Shown here: positions 19,265 to 28,369 of the stretch, one piece after another
Layout: each line of letters begins with the position of its first letter
How positions within the stretch are numbered: the first letter of the stretch is position 1
Sequence record: PZ386980.1
Origin: a phage
Direction: 5' to 3' (one strand)
Length of the DNA: 64,000 bases
Translations under genes and position numbers: made by a program
The notes under the pieces: model-generated
Databases searched by the model: none
What the model saw: the letters and a program-made list of their open reading frames with translations, nothing else
What the model was told of the DNA's origin: nothing

Positions 19265-19665
19265 TTTTCAATTTTACTAAATACACAGAATATGATGGAA
19301 AAGACTATATAAGCACCGCACACAGATTGAACTAATACCATTCCAAAGAACCAAATAATATTATCAAACAGTGTCTGTTTTACGTCGAAAGGACGTAAAC
19401 TTACAGTAATATTATCACCTTTTTCTATTGAAGAATACATCTCTGGTGAAATATATTCACTAAATCTATAACCGTCTTTGAGTTCATATACAGCAATAAA
19501 CGATAAACTAGACCCCTTTCCTTGAGTTCCTGTAAGGGTATTAACTACAGTAACATCATAATCTTTATAATGCATATAATCATTAATTGCGTAATAACCA
19601 TATGCAACTACTACACATAAACAACATATCAATAAATTCAATCTTTTAATTATCAACTGTTTCAT
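19261..19665 (-). CDS. Membrane protein with N- and C-terminal hydrophobic helices
   Basis: 134 aa; LNLLICCLCVVVAYGYYAI and IIWFFGMVLVQSVCGAYIVFSIIFCVF. Confidence 0.55.
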   Translation of the reverse strand: MKQLIIKRLNLLICCLCVVVAYGYYAINDYMHYKDYDVTVVNTLTGTQGKGSSLSFIAVYELKDGYRFSEYISPEMYSSIEKGDNITVSLRPFDVKQTLFDNIIWFFGMVLVQSVCGAYIVFSIIFCVFSKIEN

Positions 19666-19720
19666 AATAATCTCAATTAAAAGGGCTTAGAACCATTATA
19701 CCATCCTTGGTATAAAGCGG

Positions 19721-20248
19721 TTATGCGAGTACCGTCTTTAACCGTTCTTCAAACTTCCGAAGAGTATTCTGGCGTTCAGCTCTTTGCTTTTTGTAAGTTT
19801 CAATACGCTCTGAAATGAGATTGTATCGTTCATTTACTGTTTCTTTCATAAAATCAGGAATTTCACGAGAAGCTTTAATCTCGTCAAATTTATCAATAAC
19901 AGCTTGCTCTTCAGCAATTAAGTTATCATACATCAAAATATCTTTCTTGATGAACTCAATATCTTCTTGAGTTACACGAGATAACTTAGATGCTTTATCC
20001 TTTTTGTACTGTTCGTTAGTATCACGAGACCAGTGTAATGTACGATTTTTATTCGTATTCTTGTAAATTTCTACAATACCAATCTCATCGATAATAACGA
20101 TCCAATTCCAACGGGATTTGTAAATTTGTCCTCCATCAACAGTGATTTCACCACCGATTGAGACATCATTAAAGAACTTGCTTTGAGCTTCAGATTTAAA
20201 TTTACCATCATTGTAGTTTACCAAGTTGAAAATATCTTTAGCATTCAT
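19721..20248 (-). CDS. Hypothetical protein with charged C-terminal coiled coil
   Basis: 175 aa; GGAGGA Shine-Dalgarno; downstream of early promoter. Confidence 0.55.
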   Translation of the reverse strand: MNAKDIFNLVNYNDGKFKSEAQSKFFNDVSIGGEITVDGGQIYKSRWNWIVIIDEIGIVEIYKNTNKNRTLHWSRDTNEQYKKDKASKLSRVTQEDIEFIKKDILMYDNLIAEEQAVIDKFDEIKASREIPDFMKETVNERYNLISERIETYKKQRAERQNTLRKFEERLKTVLA

Positions 20249-20269
20249 TTTCTGTTCCTCCGTAGTTGA

Positions 20270-20320
20270 TAGTTGTATAGTATCACAGAGGAACAGTCTT
20301 GTAAACCACTAAAAGAAACT
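20270..20320 (-). promoter_or_regulatory. T4-type early promoter with conserved leader
   Basis: -35 GTTTAC, 18 nt spacer, -10 TACTAT, then ACAACTATCAACTAC shared with promoters at 22410, 25980, 37672. Confidence 0.5.
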
Positions 20321-20623
20321 TCTTTCACAATTTTTTCCACTGAACCACGCGCTCACTGCTTTCTTAGTCTCAGGAGCAGTGTTATCCATAAACCATTCAA
20401 AGGCAGCCTTTTTATGATTCTGGAGGGCTTCTCGGGCTTTAATCTGCTCACGGTCTATTAACACTAACATATGAGCCTTTCTTGTCACCAGGGGCTTCTT
20501 ATGATTTTTTGAATATTCCCAATCATTTGTCCATCGCATTGTTGTTGCGAACTGAAATACTGCTTCTTTAATTTTAGTTTCATAAATTTCACGAGCCTTT
20601 GAGTATAACATCATTACCTCCAT
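20309..20623 (-). CDS. Hypothetical protein
   Basis: ORF track (104 aa). Confidence 0.45.
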   Translation of the reverse strand: MEVMMLYSKAREIYETKIKEAVFQFATTMRWTNDWEYSKNHKKPLVTRKAHMLVLIDREQIKAREALQNHKKAAFEWFMDNTAPETKKAVSAWFSGKNCERSFF

Positions 20624-20693
20624 TTACCAGTTTAATTCTAGTCATCTTTTTGATGGCAGTCCATATAATCTATTTCTGAACTGCCTTTTTGTC

Positions 20694-21413
20694 TTAGGAT
20701 TCTTCTAAATGTCTTTTCTGAAAAGTTGATACCATACTACGATACGGTTCATTTGGATATCCGTGTTTTATAGCTTCCTTTGTAAATTTTCTCCATCCAT
20801 ATTTAGTTTCTTTCCAAAGCTCGAATAATTCATCTTCATATTGCCATATAGTTAAATGAGAACGCTTTGCAGCTTTAATTCCATTAATATGCTTTTCTTT
20901 TACTACAGGATTGCTTAGTTTCTTTTTAATAATATTACTAACTTTTCTAACAAAAACTGGGTCCTTATATCGTTGCGAAGTTTTTATTGAAGTGTTTAAT
21001 TTAGCTTCCGGCGTGGATGTGACCTCTTTCATCTTTTTCTTCATATGCTGTATATGATTAGGATTTTTCCATAAATTTATAGAATGCTTTTTGCATTTTA
21101 TCCTAGTTTCATCTGCAACCTTTCCTCCTTCACCCCCGTATGACAGGTTAACACAGTTTTTTCCATATTTCAATTTACCTGCCATGATATATAATATTTC
21201 AGCTTGTACCATTTTATCATAATTATCAAAAACTTCTAAAACCGTTTTTGATAATATGTGGTCATTTGACACTTTTACACGTTCTATATAATTTCCACTA
21301 CCAACATACGAATCATTGATGTTATTAGTTATATGTCGACCATAATAGTATTTCTTAATACCTGTCTTTAAATTTAATATTTCAGTTTTATAGATAGTAA
21401 AATATTTTTTCAT
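20694..21413 (-). CDS. GIY-YIG homing endonuclease (Seg-like)
   Basis: 239 aa; N-terminal FTIYKTE...KKYYYGRH...SYVGSG GIY-YIG motifs; basic C-terminal half; ATGA overlap with upstream AAA ATPase gene. Confidence 0.7.
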   Translation of the reverse strand: MKKYFTIYKTEILNLKTGIKKYYYGRHITNNINDSYVGSGNYIERVKVSNDHILSKTVLEVFDNYDKMVQAEILYIMAGKLKYGKNCVNLSYGGEGGKVADETRIKCKKHSINLWKNPNHIQHMKKKMKEVTSTPEAKLNTSIKTSQRYKDPVFVRKVSNIIKKKLSNPVVKEKHINGIKAAKRSHLTIWQYEDELFELWKETKYGWRKFTKEAIKHGYPNEPYRSMVSTFQKRHLEES

Positions 21414-22378
21414 TTTAATAATACCGTTTCAGCGATTTCTTCCCAACCGTTTTTGTCGGTCATAATAAAGTCAGCAAGATAAAGTGCAGTACGCAGTGAA
21501 ACATTACGTAAACGATTAACATTGACTTTCATCCATGATAATGCTTTATAAGTTTCTTCATCAGAAAGACCGCGCTTTTGCATCATGTCGGTTGAAAGAA
21601 TAACATCTTCAACCCTGACCATAATTTCTTCATTAGTGTGAACACCCAAATCCAAATAAACTGAGCGGGACACTAATGCTTGTAAATGTGGAGCAAGTTT
21701 AGTACCACGGTCTAATTCGCGGTCAATGTCAACGTTTGTGATAAAAACAATCGTTCCTTTAAATTCAAACTCACGCTCAATGCCTTTTTCTTCTAAGTAA
21801 GAAGATGCGGTGCTCCAGCAGACTTTACGGGTCTCTCCAGTGTCCAGAGCAGCTTTCAGAAGATTAAGAATGTCCATATCAGAGAAAACATCCACATCAT
21901 CAATCAAAAGGACAGAATTCTCTTCACGATTATTCCAAAGCTGTTCATAAAGACCAATACCAGAGATTTTACCATTAATGCTTTTATACTCAATGTATCC
22001 AATATCATTTGCTTTATTTAAAGCTTTATCTAAAGAATACGTTTTACCAATACCTGCTGCTCCCGAGATAATTAATGAACGAATGTTTCCGTTAATAATA
22101 CCATTCGTCATCATTCCCATAACATTAAATCTTTTATTAATGCGGGTTTTCATATCTTCATACGATTCTTTAACTTCTTCAACTTTTACACCATCATATG
22201 AAATGTCTGATTTGTAAACCCAAACACCGCGACGCTTACCGTCAATTTCAACAAAAACTTTACCATCTCCTTGTGCATCTACCGGAGCATTATCTGGGAA
22301 CCATTCGCCTAAGAGCTCAAAAGTTCCAGAGATTTCTTTACCGAAGTAGATACCCTTATTGATAGTTACAGTTTTCAT
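21410..22378 (-). CDS. AAA-type P-loop ATPase
   Basis: Start moved to ATG 22378 (GGAG Shine-Dalgarno; track start is TTG inside the promoter); Walker A GAAGIGKTY, Walker B VLLIDDVD. Confidence 0.7.
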   Translation of the reverse strand: MKTVTINKGIYFGKEISGTFELLGEWFPDNAPVDAQGDGKVFVEIDGKRRGVWVYKSDISYDGVKVEEVKESYEDMKTRINKRFNVMGMMTNGIINGNIRSLIISGAAGIGKTYSLDKALNKANDIGYIEYKSINGKISGIGLYEQLWNNREENSVLLIDDVDVFSDMDILNLLKAALDTGETRKVCWSTASSYLEEKGIEREFEFKGTIVFITNVDIDRELDRGTKLAPHLQALVSRSVYLDLGVHTNEEIMVRVEDVILSTDMMQKRGLSDEETYKALSWMKVNVNRLRNVSLRTALYLADFIMTDKNGWEEIAETVLLK

Positions 22379-22409
22379 TTTATTCTCCAAATCTGTATCA
22401 GTTGATAGT

Positions 22410-22465
22410 TGTATAGTACCATAAAGCTTTATGCTTGTAAACAACTTTGTGAAAAATTTTTGAAA
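22410..22465 (-). promoter_or_regulatory. T4-type early promoter (promoter part of a stem-loop/promoter cassette)
   Basis: UP element, -35 GTTTAC, TGg extended -10 TACTAT, conserved ACAACTATCAAC leader; directly downstream of hairpin 22473..22490. Confidence 0.55.
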
Positions 22466-22472
22466 TAAAAAA

Positions 22473-22490
22473 GGGAGCCCGAAGGCTCCC
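22473..22490 (-). terminator. Rho-independent terminator
   Basis: gggagcccgaaggctccc (UUCG loop on transcript) followed by UUUUUUAUUU. Confidence 0.6.
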
Positions 22491-22492
22491 TA

Positions 22493-23506
22493 TCATTTAT
22501 AATAACTTCGATGGTTTTCGAGATACACCTTCTCAAGGAAGTCATCCCAGAAACCCATGTCTACTTTTTGCTGCATACCGTTCTTAGAAGCTTCAGTAGA
22601 TGCTGCTTCTACTTGATCGACCACATCTTCCAAAAACTCTTGAACTGTTTTAAATGGATGTTTACCCAACTTCACGTCGAGAATAAATGGAGCATCTTGG
22701 AGTGGATAAATCAAGTCGCCAGTTTTGTAAATTTCCAATAGTTGAAGTCCACCACGACAAGCATGACTTAGTGCTTTCCAATCAATGCCTTCATTGGCTT
22801 CGGCCTTACGAGCACGTTCACCATATTCAGCATCTAATTTGTTCAGTGACTGCTTAAGCTCAATAAGAGAAAGCGTTGTCTGATATTTACGACCCAACAC
22901 AGTGTAGAACGTTTGCGGGCCTGTTTTCTCGTGATTATGGAACACCCATTCACAGAATTCGTTTTCTGGAAGACGATGCTTAATATCTTCAATTTTAGTG
23001 CGACGTTGTCCTTGTGTTCCATCTTCTCGGTAGACATTCCGTTGATCAGGAATTTGATTAACTACTTTCAATACATCACGTAATGCAGCCAAACGAGAAC
23101 CCTTGACACCGTATTTAGAAGCTTGCTTGCGAACATATCCTAAATAGGATTTCATGTTAGTCGTATAAAAACGAGAACGGTTGTCTTGAATAAACTTCCA
23201 CACATCAGGCAAATCTGATTTAACTACTAGCTCAGGTGGAGTGTGAAGCATATCCAATGCTACGGTTTCACCATCTGCTGCTAATTTAAAGAAATATTTA
23301 AGACTGTATAGTTCATGGTCAATATCATCTTTAGTGTTTTTAGATGATGTGTTGTTAGTGTTTTTACTCATGTGCTCTTTGACATTTCCGATAAGAATAT
23401 CACGAGCAGGAGGAACAAAGATTTCTTTAAAATCTACATCAGATTCTGGGGTAGAAGTTCCATAAAGATGACTACCAAAATAGCTTTTCATTACTGTTTT
23501 CATCAT
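22493..23506 (-). CDS. Predicted nucleotidyltransferase (Pol-beta superfamily) with C-terminal helical domain
   Basis: 337 aa; N-terminal GSHLYGTSTPESDVDF fits the G[SG]x9-13D[hx]D NTase motif. Confidence 0.65.
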   Translation of the reverse strand: MMKTVMKSYFGSHLYGTSTPESDVDFKEIFVPPARDILIGNVKEHMSKNTNNTSSKNTKDDIDHELYSLKYFFKLAADGETVALDMLHTPPELVVKSDLPDVWKFIQDNRSRFYTTNMKSYLGYVRKQASKYGVKGSRLAALRDVLKVVNQIPDQRNVYREDGTQGQRRTKIEDIKHRLPENEFCEWVFHNHEKTGPQTFYTVLGRKYQTTLSLIELKQSLNKLDAEYGERARKAEANEGIDWKALSHACRGGLQLLEIYKTGDLIYPLQDAPFILDVKLGKHPFKTVQEFLEDVVDQVEAASTEASKNGMQQKVDMGFWDDFLEKVYLENHRSYYK

Positions 23507-23964
23507 TCAGCCTTATATTCAATAACAGGACATACTTTAGCTTTACGAGCTTTTAAAAATTCAACGATAATCGATTTCTTGGGTTGAATAGGAGGTAAAC
23601 CTTTATACGCCCTATCAATATTTTCTACGTGTAAAGCATAATCCTTTTTCCATTTATAATCTTTATATTTTTCACGCAAATGTGCAGGAATAACAAATGA
23701 ACCGATAATAAGTAAAACAACCAAAAGCGCAAGTATAAATGCTGATGGAAGCAAAGTCCATAAACTACCGAAAATAAGCCAACGTTGTAGGCTTTCTGCA
23801 CAAATAATTGTTAACCCTACGAGTATAGCACACCCAAAAATAGAAACGAAAAATGTAGGTATGGCAATAGACCAAAAATATGCGCATAGTGTCTTAGGTC
23901 GTTGCCATTCGTCGTTAAACAATTTGAATAATTTATAATGCCAAGAGTTTTCATTAATAATCAT
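23503..23964 (-). CDS. Membrane protein (2-3 predicted TM helices)
   Basis: 153 aa; long hydrophobic stretches. Confidence 0.55.
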   Translation of the reverse strand: MIINENSWHYKLFKLFNDEWQRPKTLCAYFWSIAIPTFFVSIFGCAILVGLTIICAESLQRWLIFGSLWTLLPSAFILALLVVLLIIGSFVIPAHLREKYKDYKWKKDYALHVENIDRAYKGLPPIQPKKSIIVEFLKARKAKVCPVIEYKAE

Positions 23965-23966
23965 AA

Positions 23967-24488
23967 TTATCCTTTCATTGAAGGCGTAACGGTTGTTAAA
24001 TACTTAATCATAGCTTCAGCTTCTGATTTTGATAATGAAATTTCTCCATTGCTTTGACGAATAGAAATAAAATCCGGATGACGGTCACCACCAGCTTTTA
24101 AAACACACATATAAGTATCAACTTCGCCTTCAATATTTGAAATGATTGAAGCAGTTCCACATGAATGCGGTTTTTGATAAATCAATACAGCTTTTCTTCC
24201 ACCATTTGACTGTTCATAGGCTTTTAATACATCAAACAAATCAGTTCTTTTATCAATAGCTAAAATGTTATTTTCATCTTCAATGTTAAATCCTTCGGAT
24301 ACTTCATAAAGCGTTACCCATAAATCACCGATGTCAATAACAGCATTTACTTTTCCACAGCTTTCAAGAGTATGACAAATTTTCTTGATTTCGTCATAAC
24401 TCATTTTAATAATATCATCTCCTTGGCTAAGAAAGATGTCATTTTTAAATTCAACACGAATTAAACCACTTCCACTTGAAATAAACAT
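23967..24488 (-). CDS. Uncharacterised protein, paralog pair member A
   Basis: 173 aa; shares GFNIE... and C-terminal SKSEAEAMIKYLTTVTPSM motif with 24495..25040. Confidence 0.55.
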   Translation of the reverse strand: MFISSGSGLIRVEFKNDIFLSQGDDIIKMSYDEIKKICHTLESCGKVNAVIDIGDLWVTLYEVSEGFNIEDENNILAIDKRTDLFDVLKAYEQSNGGRKAVLIYQKPHSCGTASIISNIEGEVDTYMCVLKAGGDRHPDFISIRQSNGEISLSKSEAEAMIKYLTTVTPSMKG

Positions 24489-24494
24489 ATTTCC

Positions 24495-25040
24495 TCACTT
24501 TGAAATCATAGTTGGAATAACAGAATCAAGATAAGTCTTTAGTGCAATAGCTTCGTCTTTGGTAAATGTAATGATATGTGATCGAAAATCGTCAATTTGA
24601 CGAATAGATACTACATCTCCCTCTTCATAGCATTTTGACACATTTAAAATAGTTTCATCATTCTGATTGCAAGCGTTAGTAATAATAGCATTGCAATTTT
24701 TAAACCATTTTAAACTATGTTTTCTTTCATTAGAATAATAAAAATATTTAATCTTATCTATAAAACTATCCCAATGGATAACTGATAAGCATATTGACTC
24801 GCTTTCAATATTAAATCCTGGGCATGAAGAATAAAAATGAATTTTATGCTCATCATTAATGCTTACAATTTTATCAGTATAAGGATTTTCAATTTTGGTT
24901 AAATGAATGATTTCACTAGGCGTAAAATACAGCATATCGTCTTCTTGTGTCAAACGATACATATTATTTACTTTTTCTATAGCCAATTCACCAAAAAGTG
25001 AACTAACTTCTAATACTAATCGTTTCGCCTCGCTCATCAT
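24495..25040 (-). CDS. Uncharacterised protein, paralog pair member B
   Basis: 181 aa; C-terminal TKDEAIALKTYLDSVIPTM matches the paralog. Confidence 0.55.
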   Translation of the reverse strand: MMSEAKRLVLEVSSLFGELAIEKVNNMYRLTQEDDMLYFTPSEIIHLTKIENPYTDKIVSINDEHKIHFYSSCPGFNIESESICLSVIHWDSFIDKIKYFYYSNERKHSLKWFKNCNAIITNACNQNDETILNVSKCYEEGDVVSIRQIDDFRSHIITFTKDEAIALKTYLDSVIPTMISK

Positions 25041-25169
25041 TACATACTCCTTTGAACCATATCAATAATGTTATTCACCAGATTATAAGTAAACATTGGG
25101 TAATTATATTGAATCATCACATACACAACAAACAAAACTTTCATTCTCTTCTCCTTGGCAGTTGACAAG

Positions 25170-25215
25170 ATTACTATACCATAACCTTGCCAACTTGTAA
25201 ACCATTAAATGGCGT
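25170..25215 (-). promoter_or_regulatory. Possible early promoter
   Basis: -35 GTTTAC with -10 TATAGT-like. Confidence 0.45.
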
Positions 25216-25367
25216 TTTCAATAAAATTCTGAAGCTTTGTGTGAGCATCAACCATGATTTTCATTTCTTCTTTGGCGAAAGCTGTACCTCTTTCCCGAGA
25301 AGAACATTCATAGTCAGAAACTGCATTAGCATATTCTTCGATTAGTTTCATTAAAAACATCTGTTTT

Positions 25368-25562
25368 TCAGTTTTCATTATTCCACCTAATCATTTCAAG
25401 ATATTGAACTAACTTAGCTTTAGATTTATCCAAATCCTTTTTAGCTGCTTCTATACCGTCGTATGAATATCCTTCACAATGCTCAACTGCTAATTGATAT
25501 GAATCTATTTCAATATCACGTGCTAATTTAATGATTTTTTCAAACTGTTCGCGTGTTAGCAT
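25368..25562 (-). CDS. Hypothetical small protein
   Basis: ORF track. Confidence 0.45.
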   Translation of the reverse strand: MLTREQFEKIIKLARDIEIDSYQLAVEHCEGYSYDGIEAAKKDLDKSKAKLVQYLEMIRWNNEN

Positions 25563-25564
25563 AC

Positions 25565-25804
25565 TTACACTCTCGTATTATGATCGATAATTTCATCAAG
25601 AAACATATCTAACGCTTCTATAGCATTATCCACTTTAGTTTCAAAGTCTTTAATGCCTTTATTCGAAATACCCGATGAATACCAAGCAAAGTCAATCAGC
25701 TCTTCATCTGCTTTACGAATTGAAGCCACTAATTCCTTGATTTTATCTGCTTGCTCTATACTAATCATTATTCCACCACATATGACAGAGAGAATATTGC
25801 ACAC
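25565..25804 (-). CDS. Hypothetical small protein
   Basis: ORF track. Confidence 0.45.
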
Positions 25805-25956
25805 GCCATGTGAGTTGCAACTTCATCACACATATTATAACGTTTCTTAAGAAGTTCTACAAGTTCTTCACTAGTAACTTCATCCATGTCGACGAAAAAA
25901 TCACCATTAATGATGACGTAGATATTTCCTTCTTGATTGAGTGCTTCAATTTTCAT
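25768..25956 (-). CDS. Hypothetical small acidic protein
   Basis: Track ORF trimmed to first ATG with GAGGAG Shine-Dalgarno. Confidence 0.4.
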
Positions 25957-25979
25957 GATGTTCTCCTCTTTATCTGATA

Positions 25980-26030
25980 GTTGTATAGTATCACAGCTCA
26001 AACGGAAAGTAAACCGGTAAAATGAAAAAA
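25980..26030 (-). promoter_or_regulatory. T4-type early promoter (promoter part of a stem-loop/promoter cassette)
   Basis: -35 GGTTTAC, -10 TACTAT, conserved ACAACTATCA leader; directly downstream of hairpin 26031..26046. Confidence 0.5.
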
Positions 26031-26046
26031 GTCTCCCGAAGGAGAC
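26031..26046 (-). terminator. Rho-independent terminator
   Basis: gtctcccgaaggagac followed by UUUUUUCAUUUU. Confidence 0.6.
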
Positions 26047-26051
26047 TAATG

Positions 26052-26438
26052 TTATTCGAGGGAAAGAAGATACTTACTCTGGTAAAACATTCCAGTAATA
26101 TCATCTATCGTGCTTTGAATGGCTGGAGGCATTTCTTTATAAATGCTGTTAGATTGGTCTAGTATGCGATCAATCATTTTAATTGTGTCGGTAGGAAGTT
26201 TACTGGCATCTGGAATTGAAGGTGTGTATTTTCTACCAGAATACCCCAAATATTGCTCACCAAATTTATCAATCAAATCTGGCAACTCGGAGAAAATAAA
26301 ATCGTATGCTTTGTGTCTAGCATAACTTTTAGTTTCAAAATGTGCAGAATGAAAATAAGCTTGTGCAGCCATTAATAAACCTAAGTATTCATCTGCCTTT
26401 GAAGGTTTTCCACTTTGTGAAAAGTCGCTGAATTTCAT
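26052..26438 (-). CDS. Hypothetical protein upstream of rI (rI.-1 position)
   Basis: 128 aa; overlaps rI stop. Confidence 0.5.
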
Positions 26439-26728
26439 TCAGTCTCCAATTTAATGTTCATAATTCTAGCGTATGATTGTGCCATCTCCGCGCCTCGTTC
26501 TATACATTCAAAATCAGAAGAGCACGGGTCATTTTTATAGGTCGTTCTCATAAAACTATAGAACTGTTCAGATGATTCTACGCTTTTATTTTCAAAAAGC
26601 ATATAAACATGTCTAATACCAGATTCCATAAATTTATCAAAATGAGGATCGACATTCGCTTCAATTGGTGGAGATAAAGCAAATGACAATCCTAGCATGG
26701 CAAAAAGTGCCGTTGCTTTTAAGGCCAT
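26435..26728 (-). CDS. rI: Lysis-inhibition regulator rI
   Basis: 97 aa; MALKATALFAMLGLSF signal anchor; matches recalled T4 RI; sits just before tk. Confidence 0.85.
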   Translation of the reverse strand: MALKATALFAMLGLSFALSPPIEANVDPHFDKFMESGIRHVYMLFENKSVESSEQFYSFMRTTYKNDPCSSDFECIERGAEMAQSYARIMNIKLETE

Positions 26729-26740
26729 AAAGGCCTCCTA

Positions 26741-26953
26741 TCATTTTTGTCCTGTATTTACTTTATGCCGATGCACGGCCTTAACTTTATCAAGGTATTT
26801 TTCAAAATTTCGCAATCTAGTATAGTCTGCCGGAGATTGGTTGAGTGATACTTCTCGACGCAAAGCTGAAATGATATTTCCAACTTCCCTACGAATTTCA
26901 TCTAATTGAAGCACAGTAAGATTGCGAAGTTGCTTTTCAGTTAATTGTAGCAT
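26741..26953 (-). CDS. Hypothetical protein
   Basis: ORF track (70 aa). Confidence 0.5.
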
Positions 26954-26995
26954 ATATACCCCTTTAGTTAGATAAACCTATTTATAACTTTTGCA

Positions 26996-27577
26996 CTAAC
27001 CGAGCTTTTTAGTTAATTCATTCCAATGTTTTCTACACAAAGAAACATAAATTTCATCACCAATACAGATTTGATTACCTTCTTTAACTGGTGTTCCATC
27101 TTCCATTAATCGAGCTGTCATAATCGCTTTTTTGCCGCAATGACAAACTGCCTTTAGTTCAATAAGTTTATCTGCAATCGCTAAAAGTTCTTTAGAACCT
27201 TCAAACAATTTTCCAGCGAAATCAGTCCTTAATCCATAAGCCATAACAGGAACATTATATGTATCAACAATTCGGCTCAATTGATGCACTTGTTCAGTTT
27301 TTAAAAACTGAGCTTCATCTACAAATACACAATGAATATCTTTTTGTGCTTCAGCCCATTTATAGAACTCGAAAATATCCATATCATCTGTAATAATATT
27401 CGCTTCCTGTTTAATTCCAATGCGAGAAACAACTTCACAGACAGAATCGCGAGTATCAATAGCAGGCTTAAGAACTAATACACTCATTCCACGTTCTTTA
27501 TAATTATGTGCAGCAGTCAAAAGAGAAGCAGATTTTCCAGCATTCATTGCTGCATAAGTAAAAATTAAACTCGCCAT
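26996..27577 (-). CDS. tk: Thymidine kinase
   Basis: 193 aa; P-loop AAMNAGKS, C-terminal Cys cluster CHCGKKA...C; matches recalled T4 Tk. Confidence 0.93.
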   Translation of the reverse strand: MASLIFTYAAMNAGKSASLLTAAHNYKERGMSVLVLKPAIDTRDSVCEVVSRIGIKQEANIITDDMDIFEFYKWAEAQKDIHCVFVDEAQFLKTEQVHQLSRIVDTYNVPVMAYGLRTDFAGKLFEGSKELLAIADKLIELKAVCHCGKKAIMTARLMEDGTPVKEGNQICIGDEIYVSLCRKHWNELTKKLG

Positions 27578-27586
27578 ATCACCTTC

Positions 27587-27772
27587 TTAAAGCGTATTCA
27601 CATAAGCTATTAATTCATTTTCTTTCTTATCAAACCGATCAGCAAATTCTTCCTGCTGTTCAGGAGATAGCGGGCCGTATTCATCATAAAAGGTGTTTGC
27701 TTCTGTATGCTCATCTAGAAGTTCATGGATAAGCTCAAACAATTTATCTTTTTGTTCTTTACTCAGACTCAT
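27587..27772 (-). CDS. Hypothetical small acidic protein
   Basis: ORF track. Confidence 0.5.
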   Translation of the reverse strand: MSLSKEQKDKLFELIHELLDEHTEANTFYDEYGPLSPEQQEEFADRFDKKENELIAYVNTL

Positions 27773-27942
27773 ATATTAATTTCCAGGAGTTTTAAAATAA
27801 TTCGCTTTTGCTTAAATATTTCCATAGTTAAATGACTAGTATCTTTTTGACCGATTCCAATGGCAAAACCTTTATTAACAGCGAGTTCAATTAAATTATC
27901 AAGCTCACGTAACACTTCGTATTGTAACTCAAAACTATTCAT
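27769..27942 (-). CDS. Hypothetical small protein (57 aa, below track cutoff)
   Basis: Hand-translated MNSFELQYEVLRELDNLIELAVNKGF...; ATGA overlaps at both ends. Confidence 0.45.
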   Translation of the reverse strand: MNSFELQYEVLRELDNLIELAVNKGFAIGIGQKDTSHLTMEIFKQKRIILKLLEINI

Positions 27943-28166
27943 TTTGGTTTACCTTCTTTAACGAAATCAGGATAAGGATAAAATCCTGAATAAAATCCTT
28001 CACCTTTATGATTGATGCATCCTTTATTAGAACAATAGCACCAATAATCGAAATCACAAGCCATTTCATCATTACATAAAGCAAAAACAACCGGCCACTT
28101 ACACTTTTCACAATGGGCATTTTTAAGAATACTAGTTTGGCTCATAACCATGTCACCTTCAAGCAA
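27939..28166 (-). CDS. Cys-rich small protein (probable zinc binding)
   Basis: 75 aa; HCEKCKW...C...C..C.CSNKGC. Confidence 0.5.
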   Translation of the reverse strand: MLEGDMVMSQTSILKNAHCEKCKWPVVFALCNDEMACDFDYWCYCSNKGCINHKGEGFYSGFYPYPDFVKEGKPK

Positions 28167-28369
28167 TATTCTTCTACATGCTGTTTACGACCTTTCTTAT
28201 CAATAAAGGTATATTCAACGAATGTTCCAATGTAGTCTTTATCTACATCATGTGGACTATTAATTGGGCATTTAGTACGACAAATGCGTTCCCATTGACG
28301 AATAATTACTGCTTTGTTTTTAGGATCAAATGGATGTGGGTAATGTACTTTCATAATAATGGTTCCCAA
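28142..28369 (-). CDS. Hypothetical small protein
   Basis: ORF track. Confidence 0.45.
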   Translation of the reverse strand: MGTIIMKVHYPHPFDPKNKAVIIRQWERICRTKCPINSPHDVDKDYIGTFVEYTFIDKKGRKQHVEEYCLKVTWL

